The notes beneath the pieces are model-generated. The model saw nothing but the letters and a program-made list of their open reading frames with translations, was not told the origin of the DNA and did not search any database. A DNA stretch of 59,918 nucleotides, from positions 1-59,918 of the forward strand of contig DIRM01000040.1 of the NCBI GenBank assembly GCA_002427545.1, given 5' to 3'. Shown piece after piece: positions 38,110 through 47,111 of the stretch. This stretch comes from Mageeibacillus sp. UBA5436. Lineage in GTDB: Bacteria > Bacillota > Clostridia > Saccharofermentanales > DTU023. Made by a program: the position numbers and the translations under genes. The stretch's first letter is position 1, and the number at the start of each line of letters is the position of its first letter.

Positions 38110-38807
38110 CCATCTTCTAATTGCTGCTCTTTAGCTTCTGTTATTTTCTTTTGAATAGATTTTTTATTAGCATAATGACAACAATCATTCAAAGGACAAG
38201 CTAAGCAATTTCGGCATCGAGCCTTACAATATTTTCTACCATGTAGAACTAGATAATGACCCCAATTAATCCAGGTTTCCTCAGGCAGAATTTTCATTAA
38301 ATCTTTTTCTATTATTGTTGGATTTTGACTATTTGAAAGTCCTAATAATTGACTGATACGGCCACAATGTGTATCAACAACGATAGCAGGGATGCCATAA
38401 TAATCTCCACGAACTAGACTTGCAACTTTTGGTCCGACACCAGGTAAACTCATTAAAGCTTCACGCTCCGTTGGAATTTTGCCATCAAAATCTTTCAAGA
38501 TTTTTTGGGCAGATCCAATTAATGCTTTTGCTTTATTTCGGTATAGGCCAATGCTGTTTATTTCTTGCATCATATTTTCAAATGATGAATTAGCAAAATC
38601 TTCAATATTAGGGTATTTTTTAAACAAAACTGCCGTAACACGATTAACTTGTTCATCTGTTGTCTGTGCACCTAAGATACCGCCCACTAGGAGTTCCCAA
38701 GCATTAGAATAATCTAAGGTCATCTCCTGCTTGACATATAGTTTTTCTAATTCTACATAAGCTTCTTCTGCTATGCTTTTTTTCTTAGTTAAAGAAAGAT
38801 TTGCCAT
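38100..38807 (-). CDS. nth: Endonuclease III (DNA-(apurinic/apyrimidinic site) lyase)
   Basis: 235 aa. HhH-GPD (LPGVGPKVASLV, VDTHCGR) and a 4Fe-4S cluster loop of the form C-x6-C-x2-C-x5-C (CKARCRNCLACPLNDCC). Confidence 0.9.
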   Translation of the reverse strand: MANLSLTKKKSIAEEAYVELEKLYVKQEMTLDYSNAWELLVGGILGAQTTDEQVNRVTAVLFKKYPNIEDFANSSFENMMQEINSIGLYRNKAKALIGSAQKILKDFDGKIPTEREALMSLPGVGPKVASLVRGDYYGIPAIVVDTHCGRISQLLGLSNSQNPTIIEKDLMKILPEETWINWGHYLVLHGRKYCKARCRNCLACPLNDCCHYANKKSIQKKITEAKEQQLEDGCF

Positions 38808-38828
38808 AAAATCACTTTCTAAAATTTT

Positions 38829-40079
38829 TTAATCAAAATACAATGTTTTGATTATCGTTTCTGATGTTCTCGGACGATAAATTTGAATTTCAACAGCATC
38901 CCCTGGAAGATGCATGTTAATGATTTCTAAATAATCATCTACACTATCAAGTAATTTACCATCTATAGCAATCATGATGTCGCCTTTTCGGACATCACTA
39001 ACATAGGCTTGGCCATTGGCTAAAACTTTAGTGACATAGAGGCCCTGAGGTAAGTTTAATGTGCTTTGCATCTTTTCATAATCATAATCCGACATAAAAA
39101 CTAAGCCCAATTTTGCTGGTGCTTCAGTACTTTGTTCAGATAACATGGCGTTGACGCTTTCTTTGATTTGATCAACTGGATAAACAATGGTATAGCGATC
39201 ATTAAAAGAACTATTTTCATCAGCACCCGATATACCCACCGCCTGTCCTGCTGCATTCACTATCAAGCCGCCTTTTGAACTATTGGGAATAATCGCAGAA
39301 CTCTTGATTTTTTGCATATGAAAATTTTGTTCTGATATTTCAGATACACTTATCTCCATCAAAAATCCAGGATAGATACTGCCCTCACTTGCTAATAGTT
39401 CTGGAAAACCAATACCGATTAAAGCCTCACCAACAATATATTCAGCATCATTAAACAATTCAACAAAAGGGGTTTCTGTTAGGCCGATACTATTTAAATC
39501 AGCTTTTAATAAAACCAAATCTGCCTTTGTATCAATATTAATTACAGATAAATCCAAGATTTGCAAACTATAATTTGTTAATAATTTCAAAGAAATATCT
39601 GATTTAACCTTATTCGTAGCCGTATCAAAAACATCATTAATATGATGATAAGTTGTTAAAAAATACCCGTCGGGTGAAATAAAAAAACCATTACTTATCA
39701 TTGAATAATCCGAATTTTGATTTGGGATAATTTTCGAACTATAAATTGCAGCAACTCTATTAATATAATCTGCATGAATTTCTGCTAAAGATTTTTCACT
39801 ATATGTTTCAAAGGAAAAACCTGTTACGGTTTGAAAGGGGAAATTTTGTATATTCTCTAGATAATCTAATCCTGGTAAGTCTGTTTGGATTTCATCTGTT
39901 ATTTCTACGGAATCGGCGTCCATTGTTTCTATGTTTTCTGGCTCCGTATTTTCTATGTTTTCCGTTTCCGTATTTTCAATTTCTTCAGCATTAATATTGA
40001 CGGAAAAAATAATTATAAAAAACAGACCTATTAAGATAATACTTATTATTCTAAGATATCGATAGCTATATTTGACCAT
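38829..40079 (-). CDS. HtrA-like trypsin-fold protease with C-terminal PDZ domain; variant active-site motif
   Basis: 416 aa with an N-terminal signal-anchor. His region GYFLTTYHHIND and Asp region ADLVLLKA. The Ser region reads PNSSKGGLIVNAAGQAVGI instead of the canonical GNSGGPLVN. The PDZ-like C-terminus is GLYVTKVLANGQAYVSDVRKGDIMIAIDG. Confidence 0.6.
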   Translation of the reverse strand: MVKYSYRYLRIISIILIGLFFIIIFSVNINAEEIENTETENIENTEPENIETMDADSVEITDEIQTDLPGLDYLENIQNFPFQTVTGFSFETYSEKSLAEIHADYINRVAAIYSSKIIPNQNSDYSMISNGFFISPDGYFLTTYHHINDVFDTATNKVKSDISLKLLTNYSLQILDLSVINIDTKADLVLLKADLNSIGLTETPFVELFNDAEYIVGEALIGIGFPELLASEGSIYPGFLMEISVSEISEQNFHMQKIKSSAIIPNSSKGGLIVNAAGQAVGISGADENSSFNDRYTIVYPVDQIKESVNAMLSEQSTEAPAKLGLVFMSDYDYEKMQSTLNLPQGLYVTKVLANGQAYVSDVRKGDIMIAIDGKLLDSVDDYLEIINMHLPGDAVEIQIYRPRTSETIIKTLYFD

Positions 40080-40128
40080 AATTACCCCCCTTAGCCTTAC
40101 ACTCGTTTTAACTACAAAAATATGTCAA

Positions 40129-41673
40129 TTATATTTTTCTTCCTGTCGGTCTAGCTAATGTGAATGTAAAACGAGTTCCACCTAATGAACTATCACTAAC
40201 ATAAATACCTTGACCATGTAAAGATAGTAATGTTCTCGCAATATAAAGACCCATACCAGATCCTTCTGAATTACGACTTTTATTTACCTTGTAAAACCGA
40301 TTAAAAATATTTTGTCTATCCTCTTTGTTAATACCTTGTCCATTATCTTCTATAGAAACAGCTATTTTATCCTCACCTTTGAGAATAATTTCAACCCGGA
40401 TAAAACCAGATTCAGGTGTGAATTTCACAGCATTGCTCAATATATTATAAACGACACGATGAATTGCATCACGATCGCCTAGAACACTTACTTCCTCATC
40501 TGTTAAGCGAGAATCCATATTGATATGTATGGATTTTTGACTAATTATTGGGTCAAGACTTGTGATTATTTCTTGCATTAAAATTTCAATATCAAAAACC
40601 CCAAGATTTAACTCTCTTTGTTGATCAACCGTAATCGTTACAAATAAATTTTCAATTAATTTTTGTAAGCGTTCAACCTCATTATAGACAATATCAAGAT
40701 AATGACTTTGCTTTTCAACTGGAATAGTTCCATCTTTGATAGCACCCAAAAAACCTTTAATTGATGTTAAAGGTGTTCGCAAGTCATGCGAAATAGAAGA
40801 CATAAAATCATCACGTTCGATTTCTTGTTTTTCCCATTTTGAAATCATCGTATTCATGGTTCGTACTAAAATCATTAAATCATCTTCATGATATTCAGAT
40901 GATTCATGTATATACAAAGGTTCTTCATCTTTTAATATGACACGCATTTTTAAATTACCATGATAAACTTCATCTGCCGCTTTAACAATTTTCGAAATAG
41001 GTTTGGTAATATTACGTGAAAGTAAAATAATAACAATAACTGCGACAATAAAAGCTATAAGAAAAGAAATCCATAAACTTTTTTCATGTTTAATAAAAGA
41101 ATATTCATTTGCTCCTAAAGAATAGTGCAAAATAATCTCACCACAATAACCATAATCACTATTAAGCGGATAAGAAACACTAAGCCATTCTTCTTTTTCA
41201 GGCAAAAGTTCATAGAAATCACCCTTAATAGCCTTACCTTTACTTGATACTGCTCCAGAATTAAGCATTTCAGGTTTTAAATAAAGAATCCCATCTTTAT
41301 TTTCTAAAGCTTGTCGACTTCTATTTGGCAAAGAAGAATAATATATAATTCCGCCTTCACTGTTAATCAGCCAAATGATACTGCCTGTTGATTTTGCAGT
41401 AAAAGCCAAATATCCTTTTTCTTCAGAAGAAATCAAATTTAAATATTCAGCATCCATACGATTTTCAACCCGTTCAGCTGATGCTTGAGCTGAGCTCAAT
41501 AATTGTCCTTGCAATTGATCGACCCTAACTCGTGAATAAAGTAAAGAATAAACCGCTGCTAAAACAAATAAAATAAATAATATTGTCAAAATCATCCAAA
41601 ATAAAGTACGCCAATAAATACTTAATTTACGAACAGAATTTGTCTTCTTTTTATTAGATTCTTCATTGACCAT
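40129..41673 (-). CDS. Sensor histidine kinase (2 TM, extracytoplasmic domain, HAMP, HisKA, HATPase_c)
   Basis: 514 aa. H-box SHDLRTPLTSIKGF, N-box NILSNAVKFT, G-boxes DNGQGI and GSGMGLYI. Confidence 0.9.
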   Translation of the reverse strand: MVNEESNKKKTNSVRKLSIYWRTLFWMILTILFILFVLAAVYSLLYSRVRVDQLQGQLLSSAQASAERVENRMDAEYLNLISSEEKGYLAFTAKSTGSIIWLINSEGGIIYYSSLPNRSRQALENKDGILYLKPEMLNSGAVSSKGKAIKGDFYELLPEKEEWLSVSYPLNSDYGYCGEIILHYSLGANEYSFIKHEKSLWISFLIAFIVAVIVIILLSRNITKPISKIVKAADEVYHGNLKMRVILKDEEPLYIHESSEYHEDDLMILVRTMNTMISKWEKQEIERDDFMSSISHDLRTPLTSIKGFLGAIKDGTIPVEKQSHYLDIVYNEVERLQKLIENLFVTITVDQQRELNLGVFDIEILMQEIITSLDPIISQKSIHINMDSRLTDEEVSVLGDRDAIHRVVYNILSNAVKFTPESGFIRVEIILKGEDKIAVSIEDNGQGINKEDRQNIFNRFYKVNKSRNSEGSGMGLYIARTLLSLHGQGIYVSDSSLGGTRFTFTLARPTGRKI

Positions 41674-41709
41674 ATATAGATGCTTTGTTACTCAAGGATG
41701 ATAGATAAT

Positions 41710-42411
41710 TTATTGATCATAAACTTCAAATTTATAACCAACACTCCAAACTGTTACTAAATTCCAAGCAGGATGTTCTGATTGATCTAATTTTTCGCGT
41801 AATCTTTTGACATGAACATCAACAGTTCTCGATTCTCCGTAATAATCAAACCCCCAAATATTTTCTAATAATTGTTCACGATTATAAACATAATTTGGAT
41901 TAGATGCTAAAAAATAAAGTAATTCTAATTCTTTTGGAGGTAAAGAATAAATTGTATCACCAATTTGTAAAGTATAATTATTTTTATCTAAAATAAAATC
42001 AGGATAAACAATTCTATTATCATCTGTACTAATCGGTTTCTTTTTTTCTGTATTGACGCGCCTTAAAATAGCTTTAACTCTAGCAATGAGTTCTTGTGGT
42101 TCAAATGGTTTTGTAACATAATCATCCGCTCCCAATTCTAATCCCACAACTTGATCTAATGTATCACCTCTAGCTGTTAGCATAATAACAGGAACATCTG
42201 AATTTTTACGTATTTCACGCAAAATATCAAAGCCGTTCATTCCAGGGAGCATCAAATCCAATATTAAAATATCTGGTTTCTCTTTTTTAAAAATCTCTAT
42301 TGATTTAGCACCATCCAAACAAGATATCGTTTCAAAGCCGTCAGCCTCAAAATAGAGTTTTACCAATTCATTAATATTTGGATCATCATCAACTATTAGT
42401 ACTTTTGTCAT
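41710..42411 (-). CDS. OmpR-family response regulator
   Basis: 233 aa. Receiver motifs (VDDD, ILDLMLPGMNG, TARG, KPF) and a winged-helix C-terminus (VDVHVKRLREKL...VWSVGYKF). Confidence 0.9.
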   Translation of the reverse strand: MTKVLIVDDDPNINELVKLYFEADGFETISCLDGAKSIEIFKKEKPDILILDLMLPGMNGFDILREIRKNSDVPVIMLTARGDTLDQVVGLELGADDYVTKPFEPQELIARVKAILRRVNTEKKKPISTDDNRIVYPDFILDKNNYTLQIGDTIYSLPPKELELLYFLASNPNYVYNREQLLENIWGFDYYGESRTVDVHVKRLREKLDQSEHPAWNLVTVWSVGYKFEVYDQ

Positions 42412-42433
42412 AACATTCCTTTATCTACATTTT

Positions 42434-42931
42434 TTATTCATCATCAGAAAAATCTGTTTCTATTTTTTCAAAATCTGGTTTAACGTCAACCATTGATTGT
42501 AATTCTTTCGTAAAAGATTGTAGATCTTCAAATTCTTTATAGACAGAGGCAAAACGAATATAGGCAACTTGATCAATATCTTTGAGGCGTGCCATAACTT
42601 GTTCACCAATTTCTTTTGAAGGAACTTCTTTGCGCGGTGTATTATTATTTAATATCTCAATTTGTGTAACAAGGTTTTCTATTTGTTCAATTGCAACAGG
42701 TCTTTTTATGCAACTTTTTAAAATTCCTTTAATTAATTTATCCCGATCAAATTGTTGTCTACTACCATCTTTTTTAATAACAACAAAATTTGCTTTTTCT
42801 ACTTTTTCATAAGTTGTAAATCTTTGTTTACAATGCAAGCATTCTCGCCTTCTACGTATGGTTTCGCCATCATCAATTTGTCTAGAATCACTAACACGAT
42901 CTTCTGTATGACCGCAATAAGGACATTTCAT
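42434..42931 (-). CDS. nrdR: Transcriptional repressor NrdR
   Basis: The preferred start is the ATG at 42931 (MKCPYCGH...), 7 nt after GGAG. Zn-ribbon CPYC...CLHC followed by an ATP-cone. The ORF track extends 6 codons upstream. Confidence 0.9.
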   Translation of the reverse strand: MKCPYCGHTEDRVSDSRQIDDGETIRRRRECLHCKQRFTTYEKVEKANFVVIKKDGSRQQFDRDKLIKGILKSCIKRPVAIEQIENLVTQIEILNNNTPRKEVPSKEIGEQVMARLKDIDQVAYIRFASVYKEFEDLQSFTKELQSMVDVKPDFEKIETDFSDDE

Positions 42932-43085
42932 AACAGCACTCCATTTCATTTAAATAAAATATTCTTTTTTGAGAAATCTGATATGCATAAATTAATTTTT
43001 TTAAAAATAAACAAATCAGAACTAATAAAATTATACCATTAATAATATCAATGAGACAAAAATTTATATCATATAAAAAGCAAAC

Positions 43086-43126
43086 AAAAAAAGTCGATTA
43101 CTAACGATTAGCAATCAACTTTTTTA
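43086..43126 (-). terminator. Probable bidirectional-looking terminator after ftsZ
   Basis: Imperfect hairpin GTCGATTACTAACG / ATTAGCAATCAAC flanked by an A-run on one side and a T-run on the other. Confidence 0.5.
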
Positions 43127-43222
43127 TTTATTTTATTATTTTAATTTATCAAATTACTATTTCAATAGATAATTTGAAAGCTCTTCTTTTAAAACAAAGA
43201 ACACAGATAATTTAACTATAGA

Positions 43223-44638
43223 TTATTCGTCAAAATCATCATCATCCTGTAAAATCCAAGGTAAAATTCTACCTGGACGTGTTGATTTTTCTTTGCTTCC
43301 TTTTTGAGAGCTAGAATTTAAATCATCATCTAAAGATTCTGTTTTAGTTTCTGGTTTTCTTGTATCTTCAGAAACTCGATGCACAATATTAGCAACTTCT
43401 CTATCCGAAGATCTCGGCATATCTTCTACATAATCAAGGGAATCATCTCTTGTATGATGTTTATCTGGGGATACGCTAGGTAAGCCAAAACCACCATCTA
43501 CTCTATTGTCTTGCTTTGATTGAGCTCTATTTCGATTTAATTGATCTTTACGTTCTGAGGTTTTCAAAAAATCAAAACCATCGCTATTTGAACCATTTTG
43601 ATTCATATTCTGTTTATCTCTGCGACGATCATAACCAGCATAATTTACCTGAGTATTACGTGATTGTGATGTAGTAGCTTGATCAAAACCACTCGCAATA
43701 ACTGTAATCATCAATTCGTCTTTTAAATTTTCATCAATAACTGCACCAAAGATTATGTCAGCATCAGGTGAAGCAGAATCTCTAACTTGTGAAACGGCTT
43801 CGTCAATTTCTTTGATTTTCATATCCATGCCACCAGTAACATTGACAATAACACCATTTGCACCATCAATTGTAGTATCTAAAAGTGGACTGTTAATCGC
43901 TTGTCTAATTGCTGTTGCTGCACGACTTTCACCAGAAGCTGTACCAATACCCATATGACAAATACCAGCATTTGTCATAACACGGCGTACGTCCGCCAAG
44001 TCTAAGTTGATTAAACCAGGAACTGCAATTAAATCAGAAATACCTGTTACTCCAAAACGTAAAACTCTATCTGCTAAACTAAAAGCTTCATTCATTGTCG
44101 TATCTTCATTCGCTATTTCAAGTAATTTATCATTTGGTACAATAACTAATGAATCGACATATTGTTCTAATTCACGAATTCCGCGTTCCGCATTTTGAGA
44201 ACGTCTAGCACCTTCAAAACGGAAAGGACGGGTCACAACACCAACGGTAAGAATACCCAATTTTTTGGCTATTTGAGCTACAACTGGAGCAGCACCTGTA
44301 CCAGTTCCACCACCCATACCAGCAGTCACAAATAACATATCTGAGCCCACAATGGCTTGCTCAATCTCTTCCGCCGATTCCTCGCCTGCCTTTTGTCCCA
44401 TTTCTGGATTAGCGCCAGCACCTAGACCTCGAGTTACTTTTTCACCAATTTGTATGACGACTTGGGCTTTTGATGCTTGTAAAGCTTGAATATCTGTATT
44501 CACAGAAATAAACTCAATACCTTGAACTGCATTATCTATCATTCTATTAACAGCATTACAACCGCCACCACCAATACCTATTACTCTAATAATAGCGCCT
44601 TGATGCTCATCCATTCCAAAACTCATATTATAATCCAT
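43223..44638 (-). CDS. ftsZ: Cell division GTPase FtsZ with long C-terminal linker
   Basis: 471 aa. Tubulin signature [11 protein letters not shown] and NTD motif. The core ends at VIASGF (about residue 318). A ~135-aa charged linker follows, then the terminal [16 protein letters not shown]. Confidence 0.95.
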   Translation of the reverse strand: MDYNMSFGMDEHQGAIIRVIGIGGGGCNAVNRMIDNAVQGIEFISVNTDIQALQASKAQVVIQIGEKVTRGLGAGANPEMGQKAGEESAEEIEQAIVGSDMLFVTAGMGGGTGTGAAPVVAQIAKKLGILTVGVVTRPFRFEGARRSQNAERGIRELEQYVDSLVIVPNDKLLEIANEDTTMNEAFSLADRVLRFGVTGISDLIAVPGLINLDLADVRRVMTNAGICHMGIGTASGESRAATAIRQAINSPLLDTTIDGANGVIVNVTGGMDMKIKEIDEAVSQVRDSASPDADIIFGAVIDENLKDELMITVIASGFDQATTSQSRNTQVNYAGYDRRRDKQNMNQNGSNSDGFDFLKTSERKDQLNRNRAQSKQDNRVDGGFGLPSVSPDKHHTRDDSLDYVEDMPRSSDREVANIVHRVSEDTRKPETKTESLDDDLNSSSQKGSKEKSTRPGRILPWILQDDDDFDE

Positions 44639-44934
44639 TTAGATCATAGCTCCTTTCGCACTTTTAACACGTTATGACAAGCTTACCTCATATTTAAATT
44701 TTTACTTTTTATTAATATATATTTACTTATCCCTAAGATAATATTATTAATTTTACACTATTAAAATCACTACAACAACCTAAATTATATCTTTTATCTT
44801 GCTGTCATTACAACTTTATTATCATATCATTACAAGATTCTTTTATTCAACTCGCTATATTTTTAAATTTTTAGGCAACCTGACCACTAAAAATTTATTA
44901 AATTATCAATAATATTTTTTCAGATTTTATTATT

Positions 44935-46002
44935 TCAATTTTCTTCATTAATTTCTTGACTTTCAGGATCGTATAATTCGTTTAATTCATTGAATTCGTA
45001 TGAATCATTGAATTCGTATATTTCATTGAATTCGTATGAATTATTGAATTCGTACATTTCATTGAATTCGTTTGTTTCATCGAATTCATTTGTTTCGTTT
45101 AATTCATTTGATTCATTTGTTTCATTTGTTTCTTCTGAATCCTTCGTATTTTTATTTTTTTTATTATTTTCTCGAAAAAATTTATTTTCACCCCTTAAGT
45201 CAATTATTCCAGATTCCTTATTAGATAAAACTTTTTCATTAAGCATTTGTTTTAGCCAAGTAAGATCTTCTACCAAATCATGTGTTTTAATACATTGAAC
45301 CAAAAAATCTTTTTGATCAAATTTTAAAATTAACAAAATTTCGTCATTAATAGTAGGTTCTATTTTTTCAATACTATTAATTAATTTTTCTCCTTCTAAT
45401 TGAAAATCGACCTCAATCAATGCAGACATCGCATACATTGCATTGGCTAAATAATTCTTTTGCTTTACTTCTAACGGTTGACCAATTGTTGCATTAATTA
45501 CTGTTATTCCTTCAATAATTGGTAAATCCTCTGGTAATGTATCAATTAATGCAACTACTTCACCATTACTATCAATCGTACAATATCCATCTGGAATTTT
45601 TATAAAACCAATTTCTATTTTTTCTTCTACTTCAAATATCACTTTGCTTGGGAAAGAAAAATAAATATTAGCTGACTTAATTTCTGGTATTTTATTTAAA
45701 AGTTGCTGTTCAGCATTTATATATTCTCCTGAAAAAAAAGATTTTATATCATTTCCCATACCCGATAAAAAATGTTGATTTTGTTGGATGCCAGAAGCAT
45801 CAATAAGTGTATCATCAGGAATAAGATTATCACCTTGTATTTCTATTTCTAGTATGTGGAAGACTGGTAAAGCAAATAATAAAGTTATAGACAACAAAAT
45901 AGTGGTAAAGACTATGGGTATAACAATACCAGTTTTCTTCGTTTTTATTTTTTTCTTCTCTTTTTTTTCATTCTTTAATGCCAAAACAATAAACTCCATC
46001 AA
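44935..46002 (-). CDS. divIB: Cell division protein DivIB/FtsQ-like (TM + POTRA-like) with repetitive acidic C-terminal tail
   Basis: 355 aa. Basic N-terminus, one TM (IVIPIVFTTILLSITLLFALPVF), and a POTRA-like LEIEIQGDNLIPDDTLIDASGI. Located between murG and ftsZ. 4-nt overlap with murG. Confidence 0.7.
   Translation of the reverse strand: MMEFIVLALKNEKKEKKKIKTKKTGIVIPIVFTTILLSITLLFALPVFHILEIEIQGDNLIPDDTLIDASGIQQNQHFLSGMGNDIKSFFSGEYINAEQQLLNKIPEIKSANIYFSFPSKVIFEVEEKIEIGFIKIPDGYCTIDSNGEVVALIDTLPEDLPIIEGITVINATIGQPLEVKQKNYLANAMYAMSALIEVDFQLEGEKLINSIEKIEPTINDEILLILKFDQKDFLVQCIKTHDLVEDLTWLKQMLNEKVLSNKESGIIDLRGENKFFRENNKKNKNTKDSEETNETNESNELNETNEFDETNEFNEMYEFNNSYEFNEIYEFNDSYEFNELNELYDPESQEINEEN
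44971..45131 (-). repeat. About 9 tandem copies of an 18-bp unit inside the divIB 3' end
   Basis: Plus-strand units CATTGAATTCGTATGAAT / CATTGAATTCGTATATTT / ... degenerate toward 45131. They encode the hexapeptide-periodic tail ...ETNEFDETNEFNEMYEFNNSYEFNEIYEFNDSYEFNELNELY. Several copies contain GAATTC. Confidence 0.85.
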
Positions 46003-47111
46003 AGTACATATTTAAATAAAACGTCAACTATTTGTGATGCTGAGTTAGGCATCGCATTCGCCTTTGCTTTTTTTTGCATATCAAAGAGAATAGATCGATT
46101 TTCAATTAAAAAGCGTATTTGATCCAAGAGAATTTTGCCATTAAAATCACGATCTTCCATTAAAATGGCGGCATTATTTGTACTAAACGCTTTTGCATTA
46201 TAATATTGATGATTATCTGCTGCATATGGATAAGGTAAAAAAATAGTTGCTGTACCTGTTGCTGCTGATTCAAAAGCCGATGACGCACCTGCTCTACCAA
46301 CATATAGATCTGAAGCAGGTAACCATAAAGTACTATCCAAATATTTTTCTATATGAACATCCGTTAAATCATATTCCGATAGATCATTCTTAATATCCTG
46401 ATAATTTCTAGGACCGGTACTAATGGCCAGCATTAATTCAGGATATTTTATTTTCATTTTTTGCCAGAGATTATCTTTGAAGATTTCAATAATTGCTTTA
46501 TTGATTGGCATAGCACCTAAGCTACCGCCCATGATTAAAACCAAAAATTTCTCTGATGGAATATTTAATGCTTCTCTTGCCTTTTCAGAAGTCATTTCAA
46601 AAAATATCTTTTTTATGGGATTACCAGTATAAAAAACATGATTATTTTGTTCAAAATACTCTCTAGACGATTCAAAAGAAATGCATACAGCAGATGCTTT
46701 TTTAGAAAAAAAGCGATTGGCACGACCAGGAAATGCATTTTGTTCATGAATTAAATAAGGAACTTTTCGTTTTGAAGCAGCTAATAGTAAAGGACCACAT
46801 ACAAAACCACCAGTGCCAATAACTGCATCAGGCTTATATTTTTCTATTGCACGTATACAGGTTTTATAGCCAGAAAGTGAAGAATGTCCAAATTTTAAGG
46901 CTTGACCTATCCCTTTAGGCAAACGATCTGCCTCCATAATGATTTGTTCAAATCCAGCCTTCTTAGTCATCTCATTTTCAACACCATTTTTTGTTACAAA
47001 AAAAACGATTCGACTATCTGCTTCTCTTTCTTTAATTGCTTCTGCTATAGCAAGAGCTGGATTAACATGACCAGCTGTACCACCACCTGCAATAAAATAC
47101 ACTTTACTCAT
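45999..47111 (-). CDS. murG: UDP-GlcNAc--lipid I N-acetylglucosaminyltransferase MurG
   Basis: 370 aa. GGGTAGHVNPALAIAE N-terminus and GGSLGA motif. Confidence 0.95.
   Translation of the reverse strand: MSKVYFIAGGGTAGHVNPALAIAEAIKEREADSRIVFFVTKNGVENEMTKKAGFEQIIMEADRLPKGIGQALKFGHSSLSGYKTCIRAIEKYKPDAVIGTGGFVCGPLLLAASKRKVPYLIHEQNAFPGRANRFFSKKASAVCISFESSREYFEQNNHVFYTGNPIKKIFFEMTSEKAREALNIPSEKFLVLIMGGSLGAMPINKAIIEIFKDNLWQKMKIKYPELMLAISTGPRNYQDIKNDLSEYDLTDVHIEKYLDSTLWLPASDLYVGRAGASSAFESAATGTATIFLPYPYAADNHQYYNAKAFSTNNAAILMEDRDFNGKILLDQIRFLIENRSILFDMQKKAKANAMPNSASQIVDVLFKYVL

Noticed and set aside
44639-44934. Degraded ftsA pseudogene in the divIB-ftsZ gap
   Set aside because: The gap is only 296 bp, very AT-rich, has stop codons in all frames, and contains no recognisable actin-fold motif when translated by eye. 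Most likely it is a promoter/UTR region for ftsZ.
44971-45131. CRISPR-like or minisatellite non-coding repeat
   Set aside because: The units are contiguous with no spacers, are 18 bp (in frame), and lie inside the divIB ORF encoding a hexapeptide repeat. No cas genes are in the window.
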